DNA of 62,734 nt, the filler included, from Nemertoderma westbladi (taxonomy: Eukaryota; Animalia; Xenacoelomorpha), in assembly GCA_032718475.1 (NCBI GenBank). It is 4 parts of 4 records of this genome, joined end to end, with 100 filler letters (N's around TTAATTAATTAA, not from the genome) between each part and the next. Parts side by side here need not be neighbours in the genome. Positions count along the whole stretch, not along the records: positions 23,736 to 50,265 come from JAUCBJ010004587.1; positions 50,366 to 62,734 come from JAUCBJ010006613.1; 2 more parts are not named here. One strand, 5' to 3'. Positions within the stretch are counted from its first letter, which is position 1; the number at the start of each line of letters is the position of its first letter. The position numbers were made by a program, and so were the translations under genes. Shown here piece after piece: positions 38,497 to 50,904 of the stretch. The notes below the pieces were generated by a model. It saw only the letters and a program-made list of their open reading frames with translations, ran no database searches and was not told the origin of the DNA.

Positions 38497-40930
38497 ATTC
38501 CCCAACCCCCCTGGGGTATTCCACAGTCTACAACTCAAGCCCCCCAACCCCATATATTCCAGTCTACAACTCAAGCCCCCCATCCCCTTGTATTCCAGTC
38601 TACAACTCAAGCCCCCCAACCCCATGTATTCCAGTCTAGAACTCATGCCCCCCAACCCCTTGTATTCCAGTCTACAACTCAAGCCCCCCAACCCCATGTA
38701 TTCCACAGTCTACAACTCAAGCCCCCCAACACCATGTATTCCACAGTCTACAACTCAATCCCCCCAACCCCATGTATTCCAGTCTAGAACTCAAGCCCCC
38801 AACCCCATGTATTCCACAGTCTACAACTCATGCCCCCCATCCCCATGTATTCCAGTCTACAACTCAAGCCCCCCAACCCCATGTATTCCAGTCTACAACT
38901 CAAGCCCCCCAAACCCATGTATTCCACAGTCTACAACTCAATCCCCCCAACCCCATGTATTCCACAGTCTACAACTCAAGCCCCCAACCTCATGTATTCC
39001 AGTCTACAACTCATGCCCCCGAACCCCATGTATTCCACAGTCTACAACTCAAGCCCCCCAACCCTATGTATTCCAGTCTACAACTCAAGCCCCCCAACCC
39101 CATGTATTCCAGTCTACAACTCATGCCCCCCATCCCCTTGTATTCCAGTCTACAACTCAAGCCCACCAACCCCATGTATTCCACAGTCTACAACTCAAGC
39201 CCCCCAACCCCATATATTCCAGTCTACAACTCAAGCCCCCCAACCCCATGTATTCCAGTCTACAACTCATGCCCCCCATCCCCTTGTATTCCAGTCTACA
39301 ACTCAAGCCCCCCAACCCCATGTATTCCACAGTCTACAACTCAAGCCCCCCCAACCCCATGTATTCCAGTCGACAACTCAAGCCCCCCAACCCCATGTAT
39401 TCCACAGTCGACAACTCAAGCCCCCCAAACCCATGTATTCCACAGTCGACAACTCAAGCCCCCCAACACCATGTATTCCACAGTCTACAACTCAAGCCCC
39501 CAACCTCATGTATTCCAGTCTACAACTCAAGCCCCCAACCCCATGTATTCCACAGTCTACAACTCATGCCCCCCATCCCCATGTATTCCAGTCTACAACT
39601 CAAGCCCCCCAACCCCATGTATTCCAGTCTACAACTCAAGCCCCCCATCCCCATGTATTCCAGTCTACAACTCAAGCCCCCCAACCCCATGTATTCCACA
39701 GTCTACAACTCATGCCCCCCATCCCCATGTATTCCAGTCTACAACTCAAGCCCCCCAACCCCATGTATTCCAGTCTACAACTCAAGCCCCCCAAACCCAT
39801 GTATTCCACAGTCTACAACTCAATCCCCCCAACCCCATGTATTCCACAGTCTACAACTCAAGCCCCCAACCTCATGTATTCCAGTCTACAACTCATGCCC
39901 CCGAACCCCATGTATTCCACAGTCTACAACTCAAGCCCCCCAACCCTATGTATTCCAGTCTACAACTCAAGCCCCCCAACCCCATGTATTCCACAGTCTA
40001 CAACTCAAGCCCCCCCAACCCCATGTATTCCAGTCGACAACTCAAGCCCCCCAACCCCATGTATTCCACAGTCGACAACTCAAGCCCCCCAACCCCATGT
40101 ATTCCACAGTTTACAACTCAAGCCCCCCCAACCCCATGTATTCCAGTCGACAACTCAAGCCCCCCAACCCCATGTATTCCACAGTCGACAACTCAAGCCC
40201 CCCAAACCCATGTATTCCACAGTCTACAACTCAAGCCCCCCAACCCTATGTATTCCAGTCTACAACTCAAGCCCCCCAACCCCATGTATTCCACAGTCTA
40301 CAACTCAAGCCCCCCCAACCCCATGTATTCCAGTCGACAACTCAAGCCCCCCAACCCCATGTATTCCACAGTCGACAACTCAAGCCCCCCCAACCCCATG
40401 TATTCCAGTCGACAACTCAAGCCCCCCAACCCCATGTATTCCACAGTCTACAACTCAAGCCCCCCCAACCCCATGTATTCCAGTCGACAACTCAAGCCCC
40501 CCAACCCCATGTATTCCACAGTCGACAACTCAAGCCCCCCCAACCCCATGTATTCCAGTCGACAACTCAGCCCCCCAAACCCATGTATTCCACAGTCGAC
40601 AACTCAAGCCCCCCAAACCCATGTATTCCACAGTCGACAACTCAAGCCCCCCAAACCCATGTATTCCACAGTCGACAACTCAAGCCCCCCAACCCCATGT
40701 ATTCCACAGTCGACAACTCAAGCCCCCCAACCCCATGTATTCCACAGTCGACAACTCAAGCCCCCCAACCCCATGTATTCCACAGTCTACAACTCAAGCC
40801 CCCCAACCCCATGTATTCCACAGTCTACAACTCAAGCCCCCCAACCTCATGTATTCCAGTCTACAACTCAAGCCCCCCAACCCCATGTATTCCACAGTCT
40901 ACATCTCAAGCCCCCCAACCTCATGTATTC
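38497..40930. repeat. Minisatellite, 36-39-bp unit, about 65 copies, C-rich on the + strand; intronic
   Basis: Unit tattcc(ac)agtctacaactcaagccccccaaccccatg. It has no stop in any + frame, hence three overlapping 700+ aa ORFs. Confidence 0.97.
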
Positions 40931-41225
40931 ATTTCCAATGAACGTTTACCTTAATATTTTGCTAAACTAAAAATTTCGTTTCCATTTTATAAAACACCTA
41001 CTGTATATAGAGATTAAAATGAATTGTCCCGAATGTGATAAAATATACATTCAAATATTAATAATGTAAGTTTGCTTACAGTCTTAACAGGCTTAAGTTA
41101 GTCAAATATTTTACAGGTAATGTTGTAGTTATACAAAATACCGTATCACACTTATTATTACAGATAGGGGGGGGGGGGGGGGGGGGGGAATTGGACGCAA
41201 TAAAAATTCATCCCAATATTTGCAG

Positions 41226-41360
41226 ACGGTTTTACAATAAACGATGTTCTCCTCCAATGGAAAGAGAAAGATCCCCTACAAATCGAAGATGAGTATCAGC
41301 TGCCACAGTTTCTCTTAACTAATTCTACAACGGACTCCTGTACTCGGGAGTACACAACAG
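41226..41360 (+). CDS. Cys-loop channel subunit, next exon (loops B, F and C)
   Basis: tttgcag|135 nt|gtacgt; the phase-1 join to 31611 gives ESY-GFTINDVLLQWKEKDPLQIEDEYQLPQFLLTNSTTDSCTREYTT(G). LPQF and the loop-C Cys (C..eY.TG) fit GlyR/GluCl-type subunits. Confidence 0.93.
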
Positions 41361-41582
41361 GTACGTTTGTTACGAGATACTAGGGAGTGCCACACAACGG
41401 GTACGTTTGTTACGAGATACTAGGGAGTGCCACACAACGGGTACGTTTGTTACGAGATACTAGGGAGTGCCACACAACGGGTACGTTTGTTACGAGATAC
41501 TAGGGAGTGCCACACAACGGGTACGTTTGTTACGAGATACTAGGGAGTGCCACACAAAACAGGTACGTTTGTTACGAGATAC
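41346..41582 (+). repeat. 40-bp tandem repeat, 6 copies, spanning the exon end and 5' splice site
   Basis: gggagt..cacacaac(a/g)g|gtacgtttgttacgagatacta; GT donors at 41361, 41401, 41441, 41481, 41521 and 41563. Confidence 0.95.
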
Positions 41583-41989
41583 CTTCTTAACCGATAATTC
41601 CATGTATTTTATGTATTTTTTGTATTTTATTGACTTTTAATTTAATGCAGACTAACCACCCCTTTGCCCTAGGTATCCGACTGTTAGTCTACCTGACTTG
41701 ACAAACTAGGCCGCCATCCAATGACAGAACACATTGACGGTCGATCACCTGCGATGACTTGACTGGCCAACAGCTAATAATTACTTACTAAATTATGAAA
41801 CCGTCTGTTACGTTAATTATTAATGATGTAATGACGCGTAGTTACTTTAAGATACTCACAGAAAATGTATTTTTTTTCTAAAAAAAGTTTTTTAGATGTA
41901 AGTTCTGTTGTTTTGTTTGTATTGTTTCGGTATATATTTTTAGTTTAAGTAAGACATTAGGTCGAAAATTTACTCCATTGTTATGGAGA

Positions 41990-44300
41990 TGATTTCGCAT
42001 CATTGATTACCATACTCTCTTGTCCCCTACTAATACCCCTGTATTTAGCAGACTTATCAGTTAAATGAGTCCTGGTCCACCAATCTTTTCTTACAGTACT
42101 AACAGGCTGCCACAGCTCAAGGTTGTGCACATGTTTATCCTGTCGGCGGAAACAGTGCCCAGCAAGCTTCCAGCGACGTCCCTGTACGGATATGCTTGGT
42201 CTAGGCAATGAATAGGTACGTGGGGCCTTCGCGCAGCACGTAAGTCCAGATGAGCATTTGCGCAGAGGTATAATTGGTGGACCTAGTCATCCCCCCCCTA
42301 GCGGCAGACAGATGAACTACAGAAGTTTGTCTCTCTGTACAATTTCTAAACTTTTGATAGATTACATGTCTACCAAGTTTGGTTCCATTTCATCCATGTT
42401 GACCGACTTATTAGCGTTCAAAGATTTACGATAACGACGACAACGACAGACAGACGGGTCCACTAATCACACCCCTTCGCTAAGGCTCACGTGGCTCGCC
42501 CCACAGGCTGGACGGACAGGCTCCAATGCTGCCCTGAATCTACGGCGGTCACGGGATGGCCGTCGGTGACGCAGACCGACCGACTCAAATAATGGATCAC
42601 GCTGACCTGGAGCGAGTGAAACCTTTCACTCAGGAAGAACGTAAAGTGCGAAGAGACTGGAATCAATCTGGCTTAACGAAAACTACTTAAATATTATCTG
42701 CTGCATAGAATATATAATAAGTAGTTTTTTTGGGGATCCTTGCTGGGAATAAACTAGGCAACAATATTTATTATTAGTGGGTTATTTACTGCCTAATATG
42801 GAGTAGAATTCAACATTGCCTGCAGTGGGGGTTAATTGTCTACAGTTCATATTCAGGTAGGTTAATTTAGTTGGGGGTTAACTTCACTGCAAAACGGGGT
42901 TAAGTATTGTGGTAAAATAATGGTACTGAAGTTTTAATGTATACCACTTCTAATGGCGTGGAGTAGTTGCGAAATTTGCTCAACAATTATACAACCACTA
43001 TGTCTTATAAAGTGTAAACGAACGAGTTAGGCATCTCTATATCGTTAAGTTGCGGAAGTTACCCGCTGGTAATCTTTGTTGCATAGAAAAAGCGTACCTG
43101 TAAGAGCATGATATATCACAGCTCATCCAGATTCTGGATAGCTCGTGGATGGCAGACCAGGCTTTCTCTTTGTGAATTCGGAGATCTTCCTCAGACTTCC
43201 GAACTCACGATCAAGATAGCAGTTGAATGTTATCACGATCAATTTTCTCCTGGTCTCTGACCATGTTTACAGTCAGAATGAATCTAAGCTGGATAACCAG
43301 TTACTTCGCCCCCTTCAATGTCTCTAACAGTCAAGTCTAGATCAGTTAGATGTTTTGTTTGGGACCCACGAATACCGCTAGCTGATGGTGGATATATTCC
43401 CCACCCCCAGCCACCCATCAGCGTGTCTCTTTAACGGACATCCCAAGTGACCCCGAAGGGGTCTACATCAGTATACGATACGAAGGTTGGTCGGGGAATA
43501 AACATTGACTCATCGGATCGCATTAACATTTGAAATTCTCAAACTCGTACTTAAGGACACTGGACTTACTGCTATAATCGGCCTGTGCTGCATTGAAACT
43601 GCACATGGAGAATTTATGCCGGCTTAAAAACCTTTTGTCACCACCATGCAATCCATAATTGACAAGCCCAATGCAGCGTACATTAAAAATGCTATGCTAC
43701 AACTTCTTATTGCCCATGACTTTTGCCAGACTATCCGCATCTTCAAGGCCAGTGTCCTTTAAAATGCGTCTCAAGAAAGTCATGGGCTGTCTACAATGCA
43801 TATTTCCTCCATGGGGCTGCCAAAGCACAAGATTATGCACAGGCTGGTCCTCAAGGCGAAAGCAATGTCCTGCAAAGTGGAGGCGACTTTGTTCTAGTGT
43901 CAAGCTTGGGGAACCAATGAGACACCTCCAATGTTATATAGTGTATGGTTGGAGATGTGTGCATTATACTTGACAGACTCCCATAGAGGAGCACTGGGAC
44001 TACTGCTGCTCTAAATAATCGAACCTTAAGTTTCCGATGAATTATGTGTAACTTCCAAATCCTGGAAAGCCCATTCAAGGCTAGCCATGCCTTTTCCTGA
44101 CGTATTCGAAGGTCCTCACCTGACTTCCGGATCCATGATCCGAGGTAACAGAAGTCGTCCACATGCTGAAGCATACCATCCTTTGAGATTGAGCTTATGC
44201 TCATCCGATGAGAGACACTGGACTTGAAAAAATACGAACTAATGAAATGTGTGGATGACCGTGAGATCTGGGGCTCTTTGTAGCTGCTACTAGGTCTGCT
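41990..44300. mobile_element. Cluster of old RTE-type LINE 3' fragments on both strands
   Basis: Remnant peptides RRWKLAGHCFRRQDKHVHNLELWQP, RLHFAGHCFRLEDQPVHNLVLWQPHGG, VDDFCYLGSWI and KVRLFRAAVVPVLLYG. Confidence 0.8.
42219..42505 (-). mobile_element. Non-autonomous Helentron/DINE-like element, short copy
   Basis: Reverse complement of the family ends: cgctaaggctcacgtggctcgccccaca at the right, gtggggccttcgcgcagcacg at the left; gaca/gac microsatellite. Confidence 0.7.
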
Positions 44301-45142
44301 CTCTAGAGTAGTGCTGTCTAGGTCTGCTGACACTGCACATTAATGCAAGACGATCATTATTATCACCATCAATCAGTAAAATAATTAATAGTTTTATATA
44401 CAAATATACTATTGAACGCATAATATTGGGGGACTTTACGAACCATACTCTCTCATGCAATGTATATCTGTATTATATTTATTGTTATACTCTACCGACC
44501 GTGTCCCCAGCACTTTACTTGGCTTTAATGCACATTATTATAGTATACTGTACTGTATCTCTGCTAACTTCGACTTTTATTTGCGTGTAGCGCTAATAAT
44601 GGCCTAATCAATAACGAAACAAATCTAACCTCGGGTTAACCACATGTTAGTTAGTAACCGCAAGTAAAGATAAAGTGACATTGGCAAGTTCTCCTTAACC
44701 AACAATGTACGATATTGATTTTTTTGAAAATAATTATATTATTGATGTTTTGTATTGATTTATAAATATTGCAATTGCCTATGAATTCTATGCTGTGCAT
44801 ATAATGATACAACGCATGATCACCTATTGTGTATGTCACACAATAATGTGTGACGGGGTGATGCTGGTACACTTTGTTTGTCTGATTCGGTAAAATTAGA
44901 ATTGTAAATAAATTTTCGAAGTGATTGCCACACTTGACAGGTATGAAGACACCCAGTGCTACCTGTATAGAATTTGTGATGCACAGCACACATGCACTGC
45001 ACACATGCACTGCACACACTTTAGCCAATTATTATTAACCAGTAGTCACGTGTTTATGGCGGTGCTCCCAGTGGTTAATTACTGTATCTACAAGTACACG
45101 GTTCGCACTTTGTTTCAATAACTTTTTCTCCCTTTGAAACTT

Positions 45143-48100
45143 TACTACTACTACTAAGTCGAGCGAACTCGGACAGTGGAAATGAGATCCTTCCAGGATT
45201 CCCGATTCTCCATAGTTGTCGAAATTTCGTTTCTCCCAAGTTCAGTATCCCTTTCAAGTTGATCTATATATTTATGGCCGGTCGTCCACGACTACGCTTT
45301 CCATGAGTTGGTTGCCAGAAAAGTAGATCTGGTATGACCTCGTCTTTACTTCGCCAGCAGTGCCCACTGAATCTTAATCTGCGTTCACGGAGGGTGGTTG
45401 ATACAGGTGGTATTGTACCATAAAGCTCGGCGTTTGTCATGTGTTGTCTCCAGCTGATGTTTAGGGCTGCCCTTAGTAGTCTTGTGTAGCAACCATCAAT
45501 TCGTTGTTCAAGTGATTTAGTCAGTGTCCATGTCTCACCCCCGTATAAAAATACACTTTCCACTGTGGCTCGAAAGAACTTAGTCTTCAGGTGCCTGGAG
45601 AGATCTGATTTCCAGATGGTATCCATTTTTGATAGAGCTACCCAAGCCTTTGTTTTCCTAACTTCTATGTCCTTTTTGCTACTCTCTATCCAGATGATCC
45701 TAGGTACTGGAAGTCGTCAACCTTCCTTAGTTTGTCAAGCTTCCATCAACATTAAAAGTCATGAATTCGGCCTTGGTAGCATTTATATGCAATCCAACCT
45801 CCTTAGCAGCCCTCTCCACTTTATTCAGTAGAAACTGTGCATCTGCTAGCGTATTAGAGAGCAGGGCGATGTCATCCGTGAAGTCGGTGTCTGTGACTGT
45901 AGTTGCCGGATATCTACTACTTCTGCGTTCTTGAAGTTTGAATCCCAGATCTTCACCCTTTGTGGCCGTCCTCATTGCGTAATTCAGTACAATTACAAAT
46001 AGTAATGGTGCTAATGTGTACGCCAGCCAGGATTGAGAAAACTGAGTTTCACCATCTGGTGAGAGTACCTGGGCTTCTGTGTCACAATATACCAATCCAA
46101 TGTCAGCAACGATTACTTCTGGTATTCCATAAGCTCTTAGGATTTCAAGCATTTTACCTCTATGGATGGAGTCGAATGCCTTCTTGAAGTCCCAAAAGTC
46201 ATGACTGCGGGGAGATTCTTTGACTTAATTCCTTCAATCAGTCTTCGTAGTGTAAGTATCTGAGCTATTGTTGATCTACTTGGTCGAAATCCGTTTTGGC
46301 TCTTACGCAGTAGTTTCTCTATGTGAGGCCTAATCCTATATAGAATCATTTTATTGTATATTTTGGCAGCTACCACAAGCAGACAGATCTCACGATATAC
46401 CGAGGTCTCCTTTCTTGGGGAGAGGCTTTAGTTGACCTTTAGTCCAAATTGGTGGTGGCTTTTCCCCTTTTAACATCCGGTTGCAAACATTCGATAATGG
46501 TCTGTTTAGCACTCCGGTTTTCCATACCTCCGCTGGAATTTCATCTAATCCACTCGCTTTATTATTGGACTTGCTTTTAATGCTTCTTTGGAGTTCGGCA
46601 GGTGTGAAGTCCCCTGTCTCTATAGGTAGTGTCTTGTCATATATTTTCCTTGTAGGGCTGACCTCGATGTTTGGTGGCTGCCCAAGCAAGTTGCTGAAGT
46701 GATCTTTCCACTTCCCCACACGTTCTTCGGGACTATCAGCTTTGAGACGCCCCTTTGCCCAACTTTTCCGACCAGATGCTTCATTCACAGTTTGCCAGGT
46801 AAGTCTTGGTTGTGGGGCGAGCCACGAAGTTGGCGGAGCCTTAGCGAATTGACACTGTTAGGGGGTGGGTCAATTTATGCAAATAGTTGTCGTCGTCGTC
46901 GTCGTCGTCGTTGTCGTCGTCGTCGTTGTCGTCGTCGTCGTTGTCGTCGTCGTTACGATTTTGACATGCTAATAACTTTGTCGGATTTAAAGCTGCCAAG
47001 TTGAAAATTTGTAGGTATCAATATGAGCAAAAGTTGAGATTTTTGAGAGACTTTCAGACACCATCAGTGCAATGGTCTCCCGCTAGAGGGCCACATGTCT
47101 AAACATTAAATGCCCTCCCATTTCTTTGCTTTTAATCCGTTTAAGCTGAAACTTGGCAGATATGTATTAGACCATTAGCTGTGACTTTCAAAGGAGGCGA
47201 ATCCATCTGCAGTTCTCCAGTCTGCCGCTAGAGGGCCAACGTGACTATTTGCATAAATTGACCTACCCCCTAACAGTGTCAATTCGCTAAGGCTCTGCCA
47301 ACTTCGTGCTGCGCGAAGTCCCCACTTCGTGTTGTTGTATGTGAGCCGTTGTAATTGCTTCAATTTTATCCTGTATGTACTTTTCCTGGCTTATGTTGTA
47401 GGCCAATTTAAGATCATCCTTAGCTTTCTCAACCTTGTTAATGTTTTCGGTTGTTGGTTGTTCGGTTTTTACTTCGTAGGCTATCTTAAGATCTTCTCTC
47501 TTACAAGTAACCTCAGAGTTTTGCCATGGCACATGCTGGGGGATTTGCCTCTTAGCTGATTCCTTGTGGGCTGTTATTATATTCTGGTATATTGAATTGG
47601 TGGACTGGTCTTCATCCATTGACTGAAGTGCTTCAAAGCGGTTTTGAACTTCTACTGTGTAAGCATCCTTTACTGCAATGTCAGTTCTGAGTTTCTCCCA
47701 GTCATAGTTGATTTGCTTGCTTGTCCTGGGTTTGCTGGCTCTCAAACTGAGTCTGACCTCTGCAGTCACAATTCTGTGGTCCGAACCAATTAGGTTAAAC
47801 GAGCTGTATGCCTCGCAGTTGATCATGCTGTTTCTCAACTTTTTGTTTATAAGGATGTAATCCAGTTGTGCTTTGGTTCCATTAGGGTATTGAAAGGTCC
47901 ATAGCTTCCCCTTACTCTTTTCGAATGTGGTGTTTGTTGGTATCAATTCACATTCTTCCATTAGGTCTAAAAGTAAGTACCCATTTCTATTCGAACTGGT
48001 GTCATATGTGTAACCCTTGATGTCTTCTGGGCTAATTTGAGCATTCAGGTCACCAGCAATGACTTTAACATTGTGTTTCGGAATGTCCTTTATAAGTCCA

Positions 48101-48286
48101 GTCAGATCTTCATAAAACTTGACTGCTTGTTCTGGCTCTGAGGCATTGGTTGGACTGTAGCAACATATTACTGTTGTCTTGGGATTCTCCTCAAATGTTG
48201 CTATCATAACCCTGGAATTTATAGATTCGATGTTGTTTAGGGTCTTAAGTGCAAATGGACTTAGCAGAATTCCTACTCCTCCAATT
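45143..48286 (-). mobile_element. RTE-clade LINE, near full-length ORF (APE + RT), frameshifted
   Basis: IGGVGILLS, CYSPT, AGDLNA, LDYILIN, SDH; PLPKKGDL, QNGFRPSRST, DTDFTDDIALL, FRATVESVFLYGGETW, RRLRFSGHCWR, RGRP; 3' (TAG)n tail at 45143-45156. Confidence 0.95.
46811..47332 (+). mobile_element. Non-autonomous Helentron/DINE-like element inserted in the RTE LINE
   Basis: Same ends as 26221; (gtc)n microsatellite; about 60-bp sub-terminal inverted repeat (46826-46887 versus 47244-47304). Removing it at ggt|tgt restores the RTE frame (HIQQPRLTWQTVNE) with no obvious TSD. Confidence 0.8.
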
Positions 48287-49744
48287 GAAACTTTATTTTT
48301 GTAAAATTTCCTGGCAACACCTTGGAACTCCTCCCGCTGATTGGCTGAACATAACTAATATTGGACGATCCAAGTGTTGGACGGATCCAATTGTTGTTGT
48401 TGGGTGGATCCAATTGTTGTTGTTGGGCGGATCCAATTGTTGTTGGATGTTGTTAGTCCTTATTTCTCCTACGTGTGGGTGTGTTTGTTTGAGTGTTTGT
48501 TTGTACACACAACTTCTTGCATTTTTAATGTTGATGGAATTGGATGAAACTTTTATGATCTAGTTGTGTATGCAGGGTTTTGGTTGCGAAGTTGCCTAGC
48601 AACAGTGAAAATAATTCTAGAATGACCGATCATAATCGTAGAATTCACTCTATCAAAATTATGTCGACACCCCATTGGGAGCATTTATTGGACCTGCTTT
48701 CTGCAAAATTTCGCTTTATTTCATTCTTATTTGTGGGAGAAGATAGTTTCCTACAAACAGTGTTTGTTTTACATACAAAATTGTGTAGAATTGTACAAGA
48801 GATGGTTCTTTGACCAATGTTTCGTTTTTCGTTATTAGGCTGCCCTGCATAGGAGTGTAATTTATTTCAACAATATTGATAGCAATGGATACGTCCATTA
48901 TTGCCAGCTCTCGGCTGGGAAACTTGTTAAACTCAGTCAACTGATCACAGATTAAATTTAACTCACTTTGTCTTGTGGCGTCTCAGTTGTTTAATTTTTT
49001 TTTACATGTTTAAACTCTCTCTGCGTATTTAGTTTTTTCTATTTTTTTTATTTTTATTTTTTGTTTTATTATTATTCCCATCCTACTAATAATTAGTTAC
49101 AATGCGGGGGGGGGGGGGGGGGACTTTTGATTGCTTCGAAAGGCCACCACCCCCCCCCCCCCCCACCCCACATCTGTAGATACAATAATTAATTCGCCGA
49201 AATGTGAATTGCGCCAACCCTCCTGTCTCTGAAGGAGACCCATCAATCATTATTACTAATCTTTAATCCAAAATTTATTTCTCAAAGCGGAACTACTTCA
49301 ATTACGAGGAGACTAACCTTAGAGACATATTGATTTTAAATAGATTAATAATGAAATAATATTTAATTAAATCTCATGACCTTATTTCCGTATTCTCTTA
49401 CCTCCATTCTTAGCAGTTTTGGAAAACTGCTACTAAGTTAAAGTTGAAGAGTTACTCCTATAGAGAACGTTTACTTAATAAATTTCATAAATTCATTAGT
49501 CGTCCCTCCCTGCTGTGATTAACCCTGCATTACTCCCAGACATCTAACAACCAACATATCGAATCGACACGTACAGTATATTAAATCAGGACGCTATTAG
49601 TCACTACAACATTGCCATATTATACTGTATGATGTCAACAGATGTTTGGTATTGACCGCTTATACAGCAGGCGCCTAGTTAAATTATTAGTGCTGATATA
49701 TTAATGAAAGTTAGGACTATTATTTGATAAAACAAAAGTAACCG

Positions 49745-49925
49745 CTTTTTTCCCTCATTTTCAATTTAGCGAAATTCAGCTATTCTGACCAAGTGGTCGA
49801 GTTTTACAAGAGTTGACAGGTTTTTAGCACCAGCGAAGCGAGTATTAAAATGCCAACGAGTGGAAAATTCAACACACGAGGGCAGAATAACTGAATTTCG
49901 CTAAAGAAAATGAGTGGAAAATAAT
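49745..49925. repeat. Imperfect palindromic element (MITE core)
   Basis: ctcattttc..tttagcgaaattcagctattctg pairs with cagaataactgaatttcgctaaagaaaatgag around a central gcgaagcgag. Confidence 0.7.
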
Positions 49926-50265
49926 GTTTTCCGTTACGTTGTTAAATCGAATATATTGTTTTATTTGACAAAATATCACCAGCGTTATCATAGCTTACGA
50001 CGATAATACGGTTACCCACGCTATCATATAGATATCCTAAGATATAAGATCCTTACTCAATCAAATTTTCGAGCGCGTGCAGATCGTCAATATTTAGGCC
50101 TACCACAACTACCGGTAGTGCTAACAGCCATTCTGTAGGATCTGTGGATGATGAGACAGGTCTATCCACTCTGTTGCACGACGATTTTGTTGACAAGCCG
50201 GCACAGCATTCTTAAAAATGCAGCTGCAATGCAGCATGCCGATCCTAGTAGTAGTAGTAGTCTAT

Positions 50266-50365
50266 NNNNNNNNNNNNNNNNNNNNNNNNNNNNNNNNNNN
50301 NNNNNNNNNTTAATTAATTAANNNNNNNNNNNNNNNNNNNNNNNNNNNNNNNNNNNNNNNNNNNN
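50266..50365. other. Artificial contig linker
   Basis: 44 N + TTAATTAATTAA + 44 N. Confidence 0.98.
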
Positions 50366-50904
50366 AACTGGCCAGCAAAGGCAAACGTATCAGTTATCCC
50401 ACAAAAGCTTTTACACTTATTTTTTAAGACGTGGAACTTAATTATTAACTTTGTAAATATTTATTACCAAATTATGCATTGATACCAAATTATTATATTT
50501 GTATATTTACTCTTTTCTCTTTCAATCTTTTCATGCAAGGCTGAAAAGTATAAATAATACTTACTACTGATCTTGTTAAGGCTAAATGTAACATGGATAT
50601 AACATGATAGTTTGGCATATTGGGCTTATTAGCCATGCAATCCGGCTGTAATCTAAAAGTGCACCATCGATTGAGGGGGGGAGATTGGGGATCTGTGGAG
50701 CCACGTAGGTGTTCCCATGCCACAGGGTGACAGATAGGCGCTGGAAGAAATTGGGAATGGAGTCAAGGGTGGGGGTACCCCGTATGATGTCACTTTCTCA
50801 AGGATGATGGTAGAGAAGGAGTGAGAATACCATCCTCATAGGGCCTCATGATGTCCTGATTCATCTGTATGGTCTGCGAGCTTGCGGTTTCTCGTTTCTT
50901 ATGA

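Noticed and set aside
34519-40970. Many repetitive ORFs, including mucin-like Pro/Ser/Thr frames of 700+ aa
   Set aside because: Minisatellite translations inside a channel-gene intron; unit lengths vary by non-multiples of three, so no frame is preserved.
3911-41582. CRISPR-like appearance of the 32-40-bp repeats
   Set aside because: Units are head-to-tail with no unique spacers, there are no cas genes, and the context is animal DNA.
48290-48950. Possible ORF1 of the RTE element or a zinc-finger remnant
   Set aside because: Only short broken frames and a small ggatccaattgttgtt repeat; no motif could be supported.
844-49170. Numerous poly-G/poly-C runs of 12-26 nt
   Set aside because: Mostly within or beside MITE/SINE remnants; homopolymer lengths are unreliable and no pattern was evident.
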